A DNA stretch of 63,180 nucleotides from an uncultured bacterium. GTDB lineage: Bacteria > Muiribacteriota > UBA9980. Where the stretch lies: assembly GCA_964545075.1 (NCBI GenBank), contig CAZJFS010000006.1, positions 1 through 63,180 on the forward strand, read 5' to 3'. Shown here one piece after another: positions 1 to 9,766 of this stretch; the stretch's first letter is position 1, and the number at the start of each line of letters is the position of its first letter. Both the position numbers and the translations under genes were made by a program. Under the pieces are notes generated by a model. It made no database searches and had not been told where the DNA came from. It saw nothing but the letters and a program-made list of their open reading frames with translations.

Positions 1-88
1 TATAAGCCGCCGCTGCATGCGATACGAAGTATCTGAATCCCACGCCCTGGACGCGACCGGATATGAATAAATGCGAAACGTCTTTCAT
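1..88 (-). CDS. acyP: Acylphosphatase (5' part, runs off window edge)
   Basis: Not in ORF track. ATG at 88 reads MKDVSHLFISGRVQGVGFRYFVSHAAAAY; SGRVQGVGFR is the acylphosphatase signature. Confidence 0.9.
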   Translation of the reverse strand, partial: MKDVSHLFISGRVQGVGFRYFVSHAAAAY

Positions 89-122
89 TTTAGATGTTTT
101 TACAATTTGTCAATTAGTTGAA

Positions 123-1964
123 TTAAATTTCCTGCTGAAGTAAAACGTCATTTATGTGGTTAAATTTACCGGGATCCGAACCGTAAGAACCTATCGCGCG
201 CACAAGTTTTCCGTCATACGTAAAGATCTGGACGCGGTTATTCCAGGTATCGGCGATGTAAATATTATTATCTTCGTCGGCCTTTATCGAACCTGGCGAA
301 TCGAGCTTGCCTTCCTTCTGGCCTTTCGAACCAAAACACGAGATGAGTTCGCCGTTCGAATCGAACATTTTTATAAGATTATTTCCAGTGTCCGCGACTA
401 TAAGGTTATTCGTCTTATCGACAAATATGCCGGCGGGATTATCGAACCCCGCGTTTTTCTTGTCTATCTCTCCAAGCTCATAAACTTTTTTCCATTTGGG
501 GTCGAATTTAATTATCCTGTTATTTCCGGTATCGCATACGTATATGTGATTATCACCGTCTATGGCGATATCCGACGGCGTGTCGAAACCGGAGCTCTGG
601 CCAGCCTCGGAGCCTTCGAACTTCGAAACGTATTTACCGTCCAGATCGAATATCTGGATACGGTTGTTGTAAGAATCCACGACAAAGAGAAGCCCTTCTT
701 TCGAAATGGTCATTCCGGCGGGATAATTAAACTCGGAGTTCTTAGTCCCATGCGATCCAAAGGATAAAATATGCTGACCGTTCCTGGAGAATTTCTGCAC
801 CCTGTTGTTTGAAAAGTCGGAAACATAAATATTTCCGGCCTGATCCGCAACCGCTTTCTGAGGATTATCAAACTGGCCCGGGCCGCTGCCGCGCGTTCCG
901 AATGAACTGATGAATTTTCCGTCCGAGGATATGAACTGTATCCTGTTATTTCCCGAGTCTACGGCTATAAGTTTATAATTTTTAGGCTGTTTTACGATCA
1001 CGGGAGTTTCAATACCCGGCGCTGCCGCGACTGAAATATTTTCCGTTTTTAAATTTTCAGATTCTTTATTTATCCCTTGCAGGCCGATTTTTCCGGATTC
1101 TTTATTTTCCGTTTCCGCGTTTTCTTTTTTGGACGCCGCGCCGCCCCATTTTTTAGGGCTGAGGTCGGTTTCTTTTATTATTTCATCAATTTTCGGCGTT
1201 GGCTTAAATTTTTGATATGACGAAATTTCTTCTTTTTTAGCGCTTTCCGCCGGAAACTTCGGCGCCTCTTCAACCGGCTGAGCGATCGCTTCGGGCTTCG
1301 GTTTCAGAATTTCAACTTCTTCCTTTTTAGTAACATCGGCGATTTTAGGCTTTTCGGGTTCTTTCGCCTGGAGAGCCTGAGTTTTTTCGCCGGCGGATGA
1401 AGCTAAACCCGGCTTCGCTTCAGGAAAAACCGTTTTTTGCTCGCGACCTTTTTTTATAATTTCCTTTAAAAAATCAGGAGTTTCCGAAACGTTAAACGAG
1501 TTCGAATTAAGGGTTCCGTTAAAGTTCCCGGTCTGCAAATTGCTTTCGGCATCGGCGGATATATCGCCAGCCGTTTCCTTATGGCCTAATTTTTTTAAAA
1601 AATCGGGAGTTTCCGAAACATTGAAAGAATTTGAGTCGAGCTCGTCGTCTTCTTCCTTTTCCTTTGATATCTGAGGAACTTCGGATATCTCGGAATGGGC
1701 CATCACCGTTTTTCCGGTCCCATTCGGCGCGCTTATCACGGCATCGTTTTCCTGCGGCCTTATGACAAGCGATACGGATTCGTTTAATTTTACGGCAAGA
1801 GCGTTATGCGATACAGCCTTTCCGCACTTTACGCAAAACTTAGAGGCTACATGGCTAATGTGGCCGCACGAGAAGCATTTTCCGTATAAATTTATACCGC
1901 ATTCCGGACAGAAATCCCAGCCGGATGAGCCGGGAATGTCCGTGCCGCATTTATGACAGTTCAC
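123..1964 (-). CDS. Double zinc-ribbon + low-complexity linker + NHL-repeat beta-propeller protein
   Basis: N-terminal CxxC pairs (CHKC..CPEC..CFSC..CVKC); C-terminal repeats of type FGxxGSGPGQFDNPxxIAxDxxGNIYVxDxxNNRVQxF. Confidence 0.85.
   Translation of the reverse strand: MNCHKCGTDIPGSSGWDFCPECGINLYGKCFSCGHISHVASKFCVKCGKAVSHNALAVKLNESVSLVIRPQENDAVISAPNGTGKTVMAHSEISEVPQISKEKEEDDELDSNSFNVSETPDFLKKLGHKETAGDISADAESNLQTGNFNGTLNSNSFNVSETPDFLKEIIKKGREQKTVFPEAKPGLASSAGEKTQALQAKEPEKPKIADVTKKEEVEILKPKPEAIAQPVEEAPKFPAESAKKEEISSYQKFKPTPKIDEIIKETDLSPKKWGGAASKKENAETENKESGKIGLQGINKESENLKTENISVAAAPGIETPVIVKQPKNYKLIAVDSGNNRIQFISSDGKFISSFGTRGSGPGQFDNPQKAVADQAGNIYVSDFSNNRVQKFSRNGQHILSFGSHGTKNSEFNYPAGMTISKEGLLFVVDSYNNRIQIFDLDGKYVSKFEGSEAGQSSGFDTPSDIAIDGDNHIYVCDTGNNRIIKFDPKWKKVYELGEIDKKNAGFDNPAGIFVDKTNNLIVADTGNNLIKMFDSNGELISCFGSKGQKEGKLDSPGSIKADEDNNIYIADTWNNRVQIFTYDGKLVRAIGSYGSDPGKFNHINDVLLQQEI
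1465..1634. repeat. Two ~41-bp imperfect direct repeats (1465-1505, 1594-1634) encoding SNSFNVSETPDFLK twice
   Basis: tttaaaaaatcaggagtttccgaaacgttaaacgagttcga vs tttaaaaaatcgggagtttccgaaacattgaaagaatttga. Confidence 0.85.
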
Positions 1965-2003
1965 TCAAATCACCACTCTTTGAAATACTAGATACCGGGT
2001 TTA

Positions 2004-2324
2004 CTATTCTTTCTTGCCCTTTTTGTATATCACGTTTATATGAGTTTCTACATTAAGAATACGGGCGGTGAGCTCTTCAACGTCTTTTTTCGTCGCGAAT
2101 CCGAACTCTTCGATTATTTTTTTAAGTTCTTCCTTGACCCTTTTGCTGACATTCGCCGTTTCGGAATCAAACTTAGACATGAATTCCGAAAGCAATTTAT
2201 GGCCTTCTTCCCTGGAGATCTTACCTGATTTTACGAACTCGTTGAATACTTTTTCCGCGCTTTCCCTTGAAAGGAGGGCGAAATTCAAAGCACCGTTGAT
2301 CATTTTCGAGGCGAAATCGTCCAT
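2004..2324 (-). CDS. Phasin-superfamily small coiled-coil protein
   Basis: Pattern ALLSRESAEKVFNEFVKSGKISREEG...FGFATKKDVEELTARI typical of phasin-like proteins. Confidence 0.65.
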   Translation of the reverse strand: MDDFASKMINGALNFALLSRESAEKVFNEFVKSGKISREEGHKLLSEFMSKFDSETANVSKRVKEELKKIIEEFGFATKKDVEELTARILNVETHINVIYKKGKKE

Positions 2325-2354
2325 ATTCTAACTCCTTGGTGATTTATTTAACGT

Positions 2355-3887
2355 TTATAACTCTTTTGAACGCTGGAGAGGGAATAATATTACATCGCGT
2401 ATAGACTGCGAATCGGTTAAAAGCATTACAAGCCTGTCCATGCCTATGCCGAGACCGCCCGTAGGAGGCATGCCATATTCAAGAGCAGTGATATAATCGT
2501 CATCCATTTCATTTATATCTTCATCCGTTCTGTTTTTCTTGTCAAGCTGGCTCTTGAAACGCGAATACTGTTCCTGAGGATCGTTTAATTCCGAGAACGC
2601 ATTGGCCATTTCACGGCCGTATATGAAAAGCTCGAACCTTTCAACTTCGCGAGCTTCGTTTCCACGCTTGTTTTTGGCCAGAGGCGACACTTCTATCGGA
2701 TAGTCCTTTATGAAGGTCGGCTGAATAAGATGTTCCTCGGCCTTCATTTCAAAGAGCATATTTATCATTTCGCCGTGCGAGGTATTAGCGTTGACGTCGT
2801 TTCCCTCTTTTTTCAGAATTTCTCTTACTTTCGCTTCATCCTCGAGGTCGGCGGGAGCGATATTCGCATATTTAGATATAGCTTCCTTCATCGTAAGTCT
2901 GGCCCAGGGGCGCTGAAACGATATTTCAGTGCCATTGTAAGTTATGGTTTCTTTCTGGTTTATGGCCATGTTGGTTTCCGATATCAGTTCTTCGGTGAGA
3001 TCCATCATGTCGTTGTAATCGGCGTAGGCCATATAAAGCTCCATAAGCGTAAATTCAGGATTGTGCTTTATGGAAATGCCCTCGTTTCTGAAAACCCGGC
3101 CTATTTCATAAACACGCTCAAATCCTCCGACCATAAGCCTTTTCAAATATAATTCAGGCGCTATCCTCATATAAAGTTTCATCTGAAGAGTGTTATGAAA
3201 CGTCTCGAACGGCCTCGCCGCGGCTCCGCCGTATATGGATTGAAGCACGGGGGTCTCGACCTCGATGAATTCTTTTTTATCCAGCAATTCTCGGATCTTA
3301 TTGATTATTCTGGACCTTTTTATAAAAACGCGCCTTGAATCGTCGTTCATCATAAGATCGAGATAGCGCTGCCTGTATCTGGTTTCAACGTCCGTTAACC
3401 CGTGCCATTTTTCCGGAAGAGGGCGCTGGATCTTGCTTAAAAGTTCGAATTCCTTTGCCAATATCGTCAACTCGCCCGTCTTGGTTTTAAAAACCGGCCC
3501 GCTAACGCCTATGAAATCGCCGACTCTGACGAGCTTCGTAAGCTCGTATTTTTCGTCGGGCGTTATTTCGCCTTTTTTAATATAGAACTGAATCTTCCCT
3601 GAATCATCCATTATATGGCCGAACGTCGATTTGCCGTGTTCGCGCCATGAGACCACGCGGCCGGCCAGGGCATATTTTGATTCCTCTAAAACCGTTCCAA
3701 CCGCGATATCGGCGTGAGCGGCTATAACTTTTTCTATTTTACAATCTTTTTTATAAGAATATTGATAAGGAGTAAAGCCTTTCGCGCGAACGTCTTCGAC
3801 GAGCGATTTCATCGCCGTTATTATTTCATTCTCATCCTTCGGCTGTTCAGGCTGATGCTGGGGATTTTTAGTTTGATCTGTGGTCAT
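2355..3887 (-). CDS. lysS: Lysine--tRNA ligase (class II)
   Basis: [53 protein letters not shown] motifs. Confidence 0.98.
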   Translation of the reverse strand: MTTDQTKNPQHQPEQPKDENEIITAMKSLVEDVRAKGFTPYQYSYKKDCKIEKVIAAHADIAVGTVLEESKYALAGRVVSWREHGKSTFGHIMDDSGKIQFYIKKGEITPDEKYELTKLVRVGDFIGVSGPVFKTKTGELTILAKEFELLSKIQRPLPEKWHGLTDVETRYRQRYLDLMMNDDSRRVFIKRSRIINKIRELLDKKEFIEVETPVLQSIYGGAAARPFETFHNTLQMKLYMRIAPELYLKRLMVGGFERVYEIGRVFRNEGISIKHNPEFTLMELYMAYADYNDMMDLTEELISETNMAINQKETITYNGTEISFQRPWARLTMKEAISKYANIAPADLEDEAKVREILKKEGNDVNANTSHGEMINMLFEMKAEEHLIQPTFIKDYPIEVSPLAKNKRGNEAREVERFELFIYGREMANAFSELNDPQEQYSRFKSQLDKKNRTDEDINEMDDDYITALEYGMPPTGGLGIGMDRLVMLLTDSQSIRDVILFPLQRSKEL

Positions 3888-4015
3888 TTTTTTAAGTTCT
3901 CCTTCGGTGAAAAAATAATATTTTTGAAAAAAACAATATTCATCCGTTTGAAAAAATTTTTTTTGGAAAATAATTATTGTTTAGTCATTTATTTTATATT
4001 AATCCGCTTTGTTTG

Positions 4016-4846
4016 TCAATAAGTTTTCAATGTTATTGATATTATATCAGGCCGGCAGAAAAAGCGAACCGGCGGAGTAACGCAACCGACGCCGTTACTT
4101 ATCAGAAGTTTCATGCCGCCGCATTGCACCGTTCCCGAACGGTATTTCTGGCCATAGGCTGAAGGTATAACGGGAGAGTAAAGTCCGAAAACGCTCACCT
4201 GTCCGCCGTGAGTGTGGCCACTGAGCATAAGGTCCGTTTTTTGATAATAAGGGCTTATTTTTTCCGCGTAATCCGGATTATGCGAAACAAGAATAACAAA
4301 ATCGGTATCGGATACGTCCGAGAGCGACCCGTTTATTTCCTGCGTATCCTCCCAGAGATCTCCGACTCCGACCAGTTTTATTTTCTGATTGTCCACGCCA
4401 ACCCATACGGAACCGTTTTCAATAAGTTTTATTCCGGCCTCTACCATGGCTTTCTTCGAAAGTTCCGCGCCGTCCCAATGATCGTGATTTCCACGGACGC
4501 CGAATACGCCGAGAGGCGCTTTGAGATTCTTAAGTTCATCCATGCACGGTTTTATATATCTGCTTCCGCCATGGACATAGTCGCCGCCTAAAAGCACTAT
4601 GTCCGGTTTAAGCCCGTTCACTTTTTCAACCAGGCTCCGCACCCTGCCGATCGAAAAATGAGGGCCGTGATGTATATCCGATATGAAAACAATCTTTTTC
4701 CCGTTAAAAGCGACTGGAATTTGAACGCTTTTAATATCAGTTTCCCACACGGATAAAAAAAATGGTTCAAGATAGAGATGAGCCATCAGGTATAAAATAA
4801 ATACGAACATTATAAGAACCGCCCTTTTAATTTTATTTAACTTCAT
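4016..4846 (-). CDS. Membrane-anchored metallophosphoesterase (YkuE-like)
   Basis: SDIHH, GGDYV, GNHD, SHNPD, GHTHGGQ motifs; likely start is ATG 4846 (MKLNKIK) followed by a TM helix. Confidence 0.9.
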   Translation of the reverse strand: MKLNKIKRAVLIMFVFILYLMAHLYLEPFFLSVWETDIKSVQIPVAFNGKKIVFISDIHHGPHFSIGRVRSLVEKVNGLKPDIVLLGGDYVHGGSRYIKPCMDELKNLKAPLGVFGVRGNHDHWDGAELSKKAMVEAGIKLIENGSVWVGVDNQKIKLVGVGDLWEDTQEINGSLSDVSDTDFVILVSHNPDYAEKISPYYQKTDLMLSGHTHGGQVSVFGLYSPVIPSAYGQKYRSGTVQCGGMKLLISNGVGCVTPPVRFFCRPDIISITLKTY

Positions 4847-5083
4847 TATTAATTCGCCTTTCCCGATAGCGGAGCCCGCCAAATAAGATTCCCGATAGTG
4901 ATAAATCAAAAAATTTGAATATACCGGAAAGCGCCATTGAACAACTAAAAAACTATAGGAAATATGATTATCGCCACGCGCTGATGCAAGCAAAAATAAT
5001 AATAAAACAGGACTGTTTCAAAAATAATTTTGGGGGACAGCCCTGTTCAAGCTATTTAGTTTATATGGCATAAAACTTTAAGT

Positions 5084-5593
5084 TTATACTTTTTTATTCT
5101 TTTCATTCTGGATTATGAACATCTCGCCGATGGCTAAAAGCCTGGCCTGAATAAAAGTGGGTTTCTCGCTTATAACTTCCTCGAATTCATCCGTGGCTGC
5201 GTCGATGTTACCCGACTTCAAATGGACGAGCCCCATATAATATCTGGCGGCGGGGTGTTTTGAATCGACCTTCATCGCCCGCTCCAGAGCGCTTCTGGCG
5301 TCCTCCACTTTTTCGGTCTTGTAATAAGCGTATCCGAGCATTATAGCCGGAACGGGATTTATCGAAGACGCGTTTTCAGCGGCGGTCTTAAGGTATTCGA
5401 TCGATTCTTCAAATCGTTTTAATTCAAAAAGTGCCTGCGAAAGACTCAAAAGCGAGGTTTCATCCTTGGGCGACGAAACGACGGCTTCCTTCAATTCAGA
5501 AACCGCTTCCTCAAAGCGTTTTTCCTCTAAAAAACGCATTCCTTTGCTCTTATGAGAAGCCTCACCAAACAACGCCTTTAAAAAACCGAACAT
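5084..5593 (-). CDS. Tetratricopeptide repeat protein
   Basis: Repeated TPR helices (LSLSQALFELKRFEESIEYL; LGYAYYKTEKVEDARSAL; YYMGLVHLKSGNIDAA). Confidence 0.85.
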   Translation of the reverse strand: MFGFLKALFGEASHKSKGMRFLEEKRFEEAVSELKEAVVSSPKDETSLLSLSQALFELKRFEESIEYLKTAAENASSINPVPAIMLGYAYYKTEKVEDARSALERAMKVDSKHPAARYYMGLVHLKSGNIDAATDEFEEVISEKPTFIQARLLAIGEMFIIQNEKNKKV

Positions 5594-6361
5594 CTATTCA
5601 TCAACATCTTTCATATATTTCATTGGATCTACCGATTCGGGCTCGCCCTTGTCCTGATTGAGGCTTCTTATTTCAAAATAAACCCGGGACGATGCTTTTT
5701 CACCGGAAACAGCCAGTTTCTGGCCGTTTTTAATATTATCGCCCTTCTTGACGAGATTTTTTTTGTTGTTTCCATATATCGAGAACATTCCGTCGAGATG
5801 GTCCACTATTATAAGGTTCCCATAACCCTTCATCTGGCCCGCGAATACTACCTCGCCGGCGCTTATCGATTTCACGGAGCTGTTCGGAGCGGTCTTTATG
5901 AATATGCCTTTCGATTCCGGCGAAAATTTAGAGACTACTTTTCCTTTTACCGGCCAATCGAATTTCTGGGATTTAGACCTGGCTGCCCCGTCCTTGGATT
6001 TAACGGCCTTCATATAATTTTCGCGGCGCGCGTTCAAGACGGTGGGCGAACCCGGAATAAATATGCTGGCGCCCTTTTTAAGGGAATGGTTCTCTGAAAT
6101 ATTGTTGTATTTTTTCAAAGCGGCGATAGATATTCCGTATATGTCCTTGAGCTTCGAAAGCGATTCGTCAGGCGCCACTATATGAGTTATGCCGTCAACT
6201 CCAGGATTTCCGACGATCCGTTCCTCCGTCCGCACCGGCTCCTTCAATACGGCGCGTGAATCGTCACCGCCGTTTCTCTTGCACCCGGAACCGGCCGTAA
6301 GCATGAGCGAGCATATCAAAATTAAAATTATCTTATTCATTACGTTGTGTTTCATCGTCAC
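5594..6361 (-). CDS. LysM + M23 peptidase lipoprotein (NlpD-like)
   Basis: Lipobox-like TAGSGC; LysM (HIVAPDESLSKL..YGISIAALKKYNNI); M23-type FDWPVKGKVV, GYGNLIIVDH, SIYGNN (zinc ligands look degenerate, as in NlpD/EnvC activators). Confidence 0.8.
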   Translation of the reverse strand: MTMKHNVMNKIILILICSLMLTAGSGCKRNGGDDSRAVLKEPVRTEERIVGNPGVDGITHIVAPDESLSKLKDIYGISIAALKKYNNISENHSLKKGASIFIPGSPTVLNARRENYMKAVKSKDGAARSKSQKFDWPVKGKVVSKFSPESKGIFIKTAPNSSVKSISAGEVVFAGQMKGYGNLIIVDHLDGMFSIYGNNKKNLVKKGDNIKNGQKLAVSGEKASSRVYFEIRSLNQDKGEPESVDPMKYMKDVDE

Positions 6362-8448
6362 AACCTCCTCTTAATCTGTTCGATAGAATCTTCCGCGGAA
6401 TTTCTTATTATTACGTTACCGTCGCTTAAAAGTTCCGTCAAAAGCGGTATTGTCGAATCGTTTCCTATTTTTCCAAGAAGCTTCGCCGCGGCCACTTTAA
6501 CTATCCACAGGTCGTCGTTCAGCGCGCGCGTAAGCGGCAACAAGAATCTTTGGTCCACCGCGTCTATAAGAGCTTTATAAACAACGTCTATAAGTTTCGA
6601 ATCGTTCTGCTGTTTTAAAAATTTAAGTATCGGATCAAGTATCTCGGGCGTGCCGATTTTTCCGAGAGCTACGACCGAATCTTCGCGGACGCGATCCGAA
6701 GGATCCTCCAGAAGCGGTATTATAACCGGGATCACATCCTGGGCCTGAGTTTTTCCGAGCCCTTTCACGGCATTGCCGCGGACGCAGTCCTCGCTATCCT
6801 GTAACGCCTGAGTAAGGCTTTTAACGACCTGTATAGACCCTATTTCGCCTAACGCGAAAGCGGCGGAGGCCCTTTGCCATTTATCTTTTTCCTTTAAGAG
6901 CATTCCTTCCAGGGCGCTTATCATTCTTATGCCGCCGAATTTCCAGAGCGTTTTCGCGGCGTTGGCCTTAACGCGGTTATTGGAGTCGTTTTGAAATATA
7001 GGGTATATAAGATCTACTATTTCTTCTCCGCCCAGCGCCTCGAGAGTTTCAATAGCGTTCGCCCTGACGCGGGCGTCAGAATCCTTAAGGGCCGCTTCGG
7101 CGGTCTTGATATATTTTTTATCCTTCGTCTTTCCGAGTATTTCTATTATCGTCGCCCTTACCTTGTTGGACTGGTCGGTCTTATAACATTCGACGATCGG
7201 ATCGATACAGCGCAGATCGTTCAGCTGACCCGCAACCTTGATCGCGCAAACCCTGATATCTTCGTTCGAATGCCTGAAATGGGAGATCACGAGATCCATA
7301 AGTTCTTTCGCCTCGAGCGCGCCGACGGCTATCAGCGCTTCGTTAATGACCTTTTCGTGGGAACTCGTCAGCGACGATTTAAGGAAGGCGTGTATTTCAT
7401 TATCAAAAAATTTCGTTTTTCCTAGTGTTTTGCAGAGGAACACTTTTATATTGTCGTCTTCGGTCTGAAAATATTTTTTAAGGCTTGCCACATCCGAGGA
7501 AGAAACGAGCTTTTCGAGAGAGCTCATGGCGGCGTTCCTTATTTTTTCGGAAGTGGTCCTGAGGGCGTTTATCAACGACGCCGTGACCTTCGGCTCGGGG
7601 AACGACGAGAGGCATTCTATAGCCTTCGCCCTTATGTCCTCGTCGTCTATTTTAATGACCTGAATGATCGCGCCTAGCGCGCGCTTGTCGCCGATCTTCT
7701 GGAGCGAGTCGAGGCAGTTTATTTTTACCTGTTTGTCTTCGTTTTTTAAAAGAGTGTATATGAGCGGTTCGACGGTCTGCACGAGACCGAGGGCCCCGAA
7801 TATCTGTATGACATTGTTCTGCTTGGGAACGTCTTCCGTTTTCACGAGAATATAGTTGAGCCTCTTTAAAAGCAGCTGCCCCTCGAGACGCCAGAGTATG
7901 TTAGCGGCGGATATCCTCACCTTGTCGTCAGGACTGAAAAGCAGCGGATATAGCATGCTGGATGTTCTCTGATCGCCCTTGTCGGCGATGTATTTGAGAG
8001 CGAGCATCTGAACGTGCGGGCTCGGGTATTGAATGCAGCTGGGGACTATCTGAAAAACGTCATCAAAAGTTCCGAATTCGGTTATTAATATGAAGACGGC
8101 CGATTTCACCTGTTCATCGTCTTCGACCTGAAAAAGCTGAACGAGCGTTCCAACGCACTTGGTATCTCCGATCCTTCTGAGAGCTTTAATAATCTCGATC
8201 TTGACTTTCGTGTCCGATTCGAACATCGTCGCAAGAAGAAATTTAGTAGCCTTTCCATTGGCAAGAGTACCTAATGCATGGACTATATCGAGGCGCAGGT
8301 TAAGATCAGGAAGCAGATCGACGAGAGCGTCGACCGCCTGTTCCGAACCGCTCTGGCCTAAAAGCCTTATAGCTTCTCTTCTTTCGTTAAGAGAAGTGTT
8401 CTGGTTCTTGACCTTTTCAATGACTTTTTCGATATTTATAAATGACAA
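6358..8448 (-). CDS. HEAT/PBS-lyase repeat protein
   Basis: Many repeats of type LxDxDxRVRANAIExL and VRxxAAxALGxIG across the whole length. Confidence 0.9.
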   Translation of the reverse strand: MSFINIEKVIEKVKNQNTSLNERREAIRLLGQSGSEQAVDALVDLLPDLNLRLDIVHALGTLANGKATKFLLATMFESDTKVKIEIIKALRRIGDTKCVGTLVQLFQVEDDEQVKSAVFILITEFGTFDDVFQIVPSCIQYPSPHVQMLALKYIADKGDQRTSSMLYPLLFSPDDKVRISAANILWRLEGQLLLKRLNYILVKTEDVPKQNNVIQIFGALGLVQTVEPLIYTLLKNEDKQVKINCLDSLQKIGDKRALGAIIQVIKIDDEDIRAKAIECLSSFPEPKVTASLINALRTTSEKIRNAAMSSLEKLVSSSDVASLKKYFQTEDDNIKVFLCKTLGKTKFFDNEIHAFLKSSLTSSHEKVINEALIAVGALEAKELMDLVISHFRHSNEDIRVCAIKVAGQLNDLRCIDPIVECYKTDQSNKVRATIIEILGKTKDKKYIKTAEAALKDSDARVRANAIETLEALGGEEIVDLIYPIFQNDSNNRVKANAAKTLWKFGGIRMISALEGMLLKEKDKWQRASAAFALGEIGSIQVVKSLTQALQDSEDCVRGNAVKGLGKTQAQDVIPVIIPLLEDPSDRVREDSVVALGKIGTPEILDPILKFLKQQNDSKLIDVVYKALIDAVDQRFLLPLTRALNDDLWIVKVAAAKLLGKIGNDSTIPLLTELLSDGNVIIRNSAEDSIEQIKRRL

Positions 8449-8503
8449 TTTTTACCCCGGTTTTTACTTTATAAATGAGTTTATAGTTTATTTCGAATCA
8501 TTT

Positions 8504-9709
8504 TCAGCGAAGTATCTTTTCCGTAAGATCGGCGCCGGATATTTTCGAAATATATTCTTCCGAAAGGCCGAGCATTCTTCCGCAGGTTTTAGCTATGCAT
8601 GAAAAGCCTTCGACGGTATGAAGGTCGAGTCCGCGTTTCACGCAATTTCCGTATATTAAAAGAGGAACGTATTCACGAGTATGATCGGTCGTTTTGGTGA
8701 AAGTAGGATCGCATCCGTGATCGGCGGTTATCATTAAAACATCGTTATCGTTCATTCTTTTCATTATTTCAGGCAGCTGCGAGTCGAATTCCATAAGGGA
8801 TTTCGCATAACCTTCCACGTCGCGCCTATGCCCGAAAACCATATCAAAATCGACAAGATTAGTGAATATAAGACCGGTGTTGAAGCGGTCCATATAATCG
8901 AGGGTCTTTTTGACGCCGTCGGCGTTTGAAGACGTTGTTATATAATCGCTGAGGCCGCGGCAGGCGAATATATCGTATATTTTACCCACTCCTGCGGTCC
9001 TTATGCCCGATTCTTTAAGATAGTCGAGAAGATTGGCGGGCGGCTCGAGTGAAAAATCATGGCGGTGCGAGGTCCGCTTGTATTCGCCGGGCTTGCCTAT
9101 GAAGGGCCTTGCGATAACGCGGCCTACAGCATGTTTCCCTCTTAATATGCTTCTGGCCATTTTGCAGTATTCGTATAACGTTTCAAGCGGAACCGTCTCT
9201 TCATGCGCGGCTATCTGAAATACCGAATCGGCCGAAGTATAAACTATCAAGGCGCCGGTTTTCTGATGTTCTTCGCCAAGATCTTTTATTATTTCAGTAC
9301 CGGAAGCGGCATAATTACCAAGAGTTTTTCTGCCCGTAAGTTTTTCGAATTCATCCAGCACTTCAGGAGGAAAACCTTTCGGATAAGTTGGAAATTCCTG
9401 CTCAAGCTTCACGCCCATCATTTCCCAATGTCCCGTCGTCGTATCTTTTCCCGGAGACAATTCCTTTAATTTCGCGTAGGTGCCAATGGGATTGGAGCAT
9501 TTTGAAACGCTGGTCACGGTATCGATGTTTGATATGCCAAGTGAAATCAGATTGGGAATCTTAAATTCTTTAGAAGCTTTTCCTATGTTTGAAAACGTGT
9601 TTGATCCGACATCGCCGTATTTATCGGCGTCAGGCATTTCACCTATCCCTACGGAATCTAAAACTATGAGTATTACCCTGGAGATCGAATCATTTGTCTG
9701 AGTAGTCAT
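8504..9709 (-). CDS. deoB: Phosphopentomutase
   Basis: LIVLDSVGIG, GKDTTTGHWE, TSADSVFQIAAHE, NLVDFD..GHRRD, TADHGCDP, DHTRE. Confidence 0.97.
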   Translation of the reverse strand: MTTQTNDSISRVILIVLDSVGIGEMPDADKYGDVGSNTFSNIGKASKEFKIPNLISLGISNIDTVTSVSKCSNPIGTYAKLKELSPGKDTTTGHWEMMGVKLEQEFPTYPKGFPPEVLDEFEKLTGRKTLGNYAASGTEIIKDLGEEHQKTGALIVYTSADSVFQIAAHEETVPLETLYEYCKMARSILRGKHAVGRVIARPFIGKPGEYKRTSHRHDFSLEPPANLLDYLKESGIRTAGVGKIYDIFACRGLSDYITTSSNADGVKKTLDYMDRFNTGLIFTNLVDFDMVFGHRRDVEGYAKSLMEFDSQLPEIMKRMNDNDVLMITADHGCDPTFTKTTDHTREYVPLLIYGNCVKRGLDLHTVEGFSCIAKTCGRMLGLSEEYISKISGADLTEKILR

Positions 9710-9766
9710 AATTCCCCTTTTTAAGCCGGCCGGGCGGCAAAATATTTTTATGAATAAGTTTTTGAA

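Noticed and set aside
156-767. 203-aa plus-strand ORF
   Set aside because: Antisense to the NHL repeats; shadow ORF.
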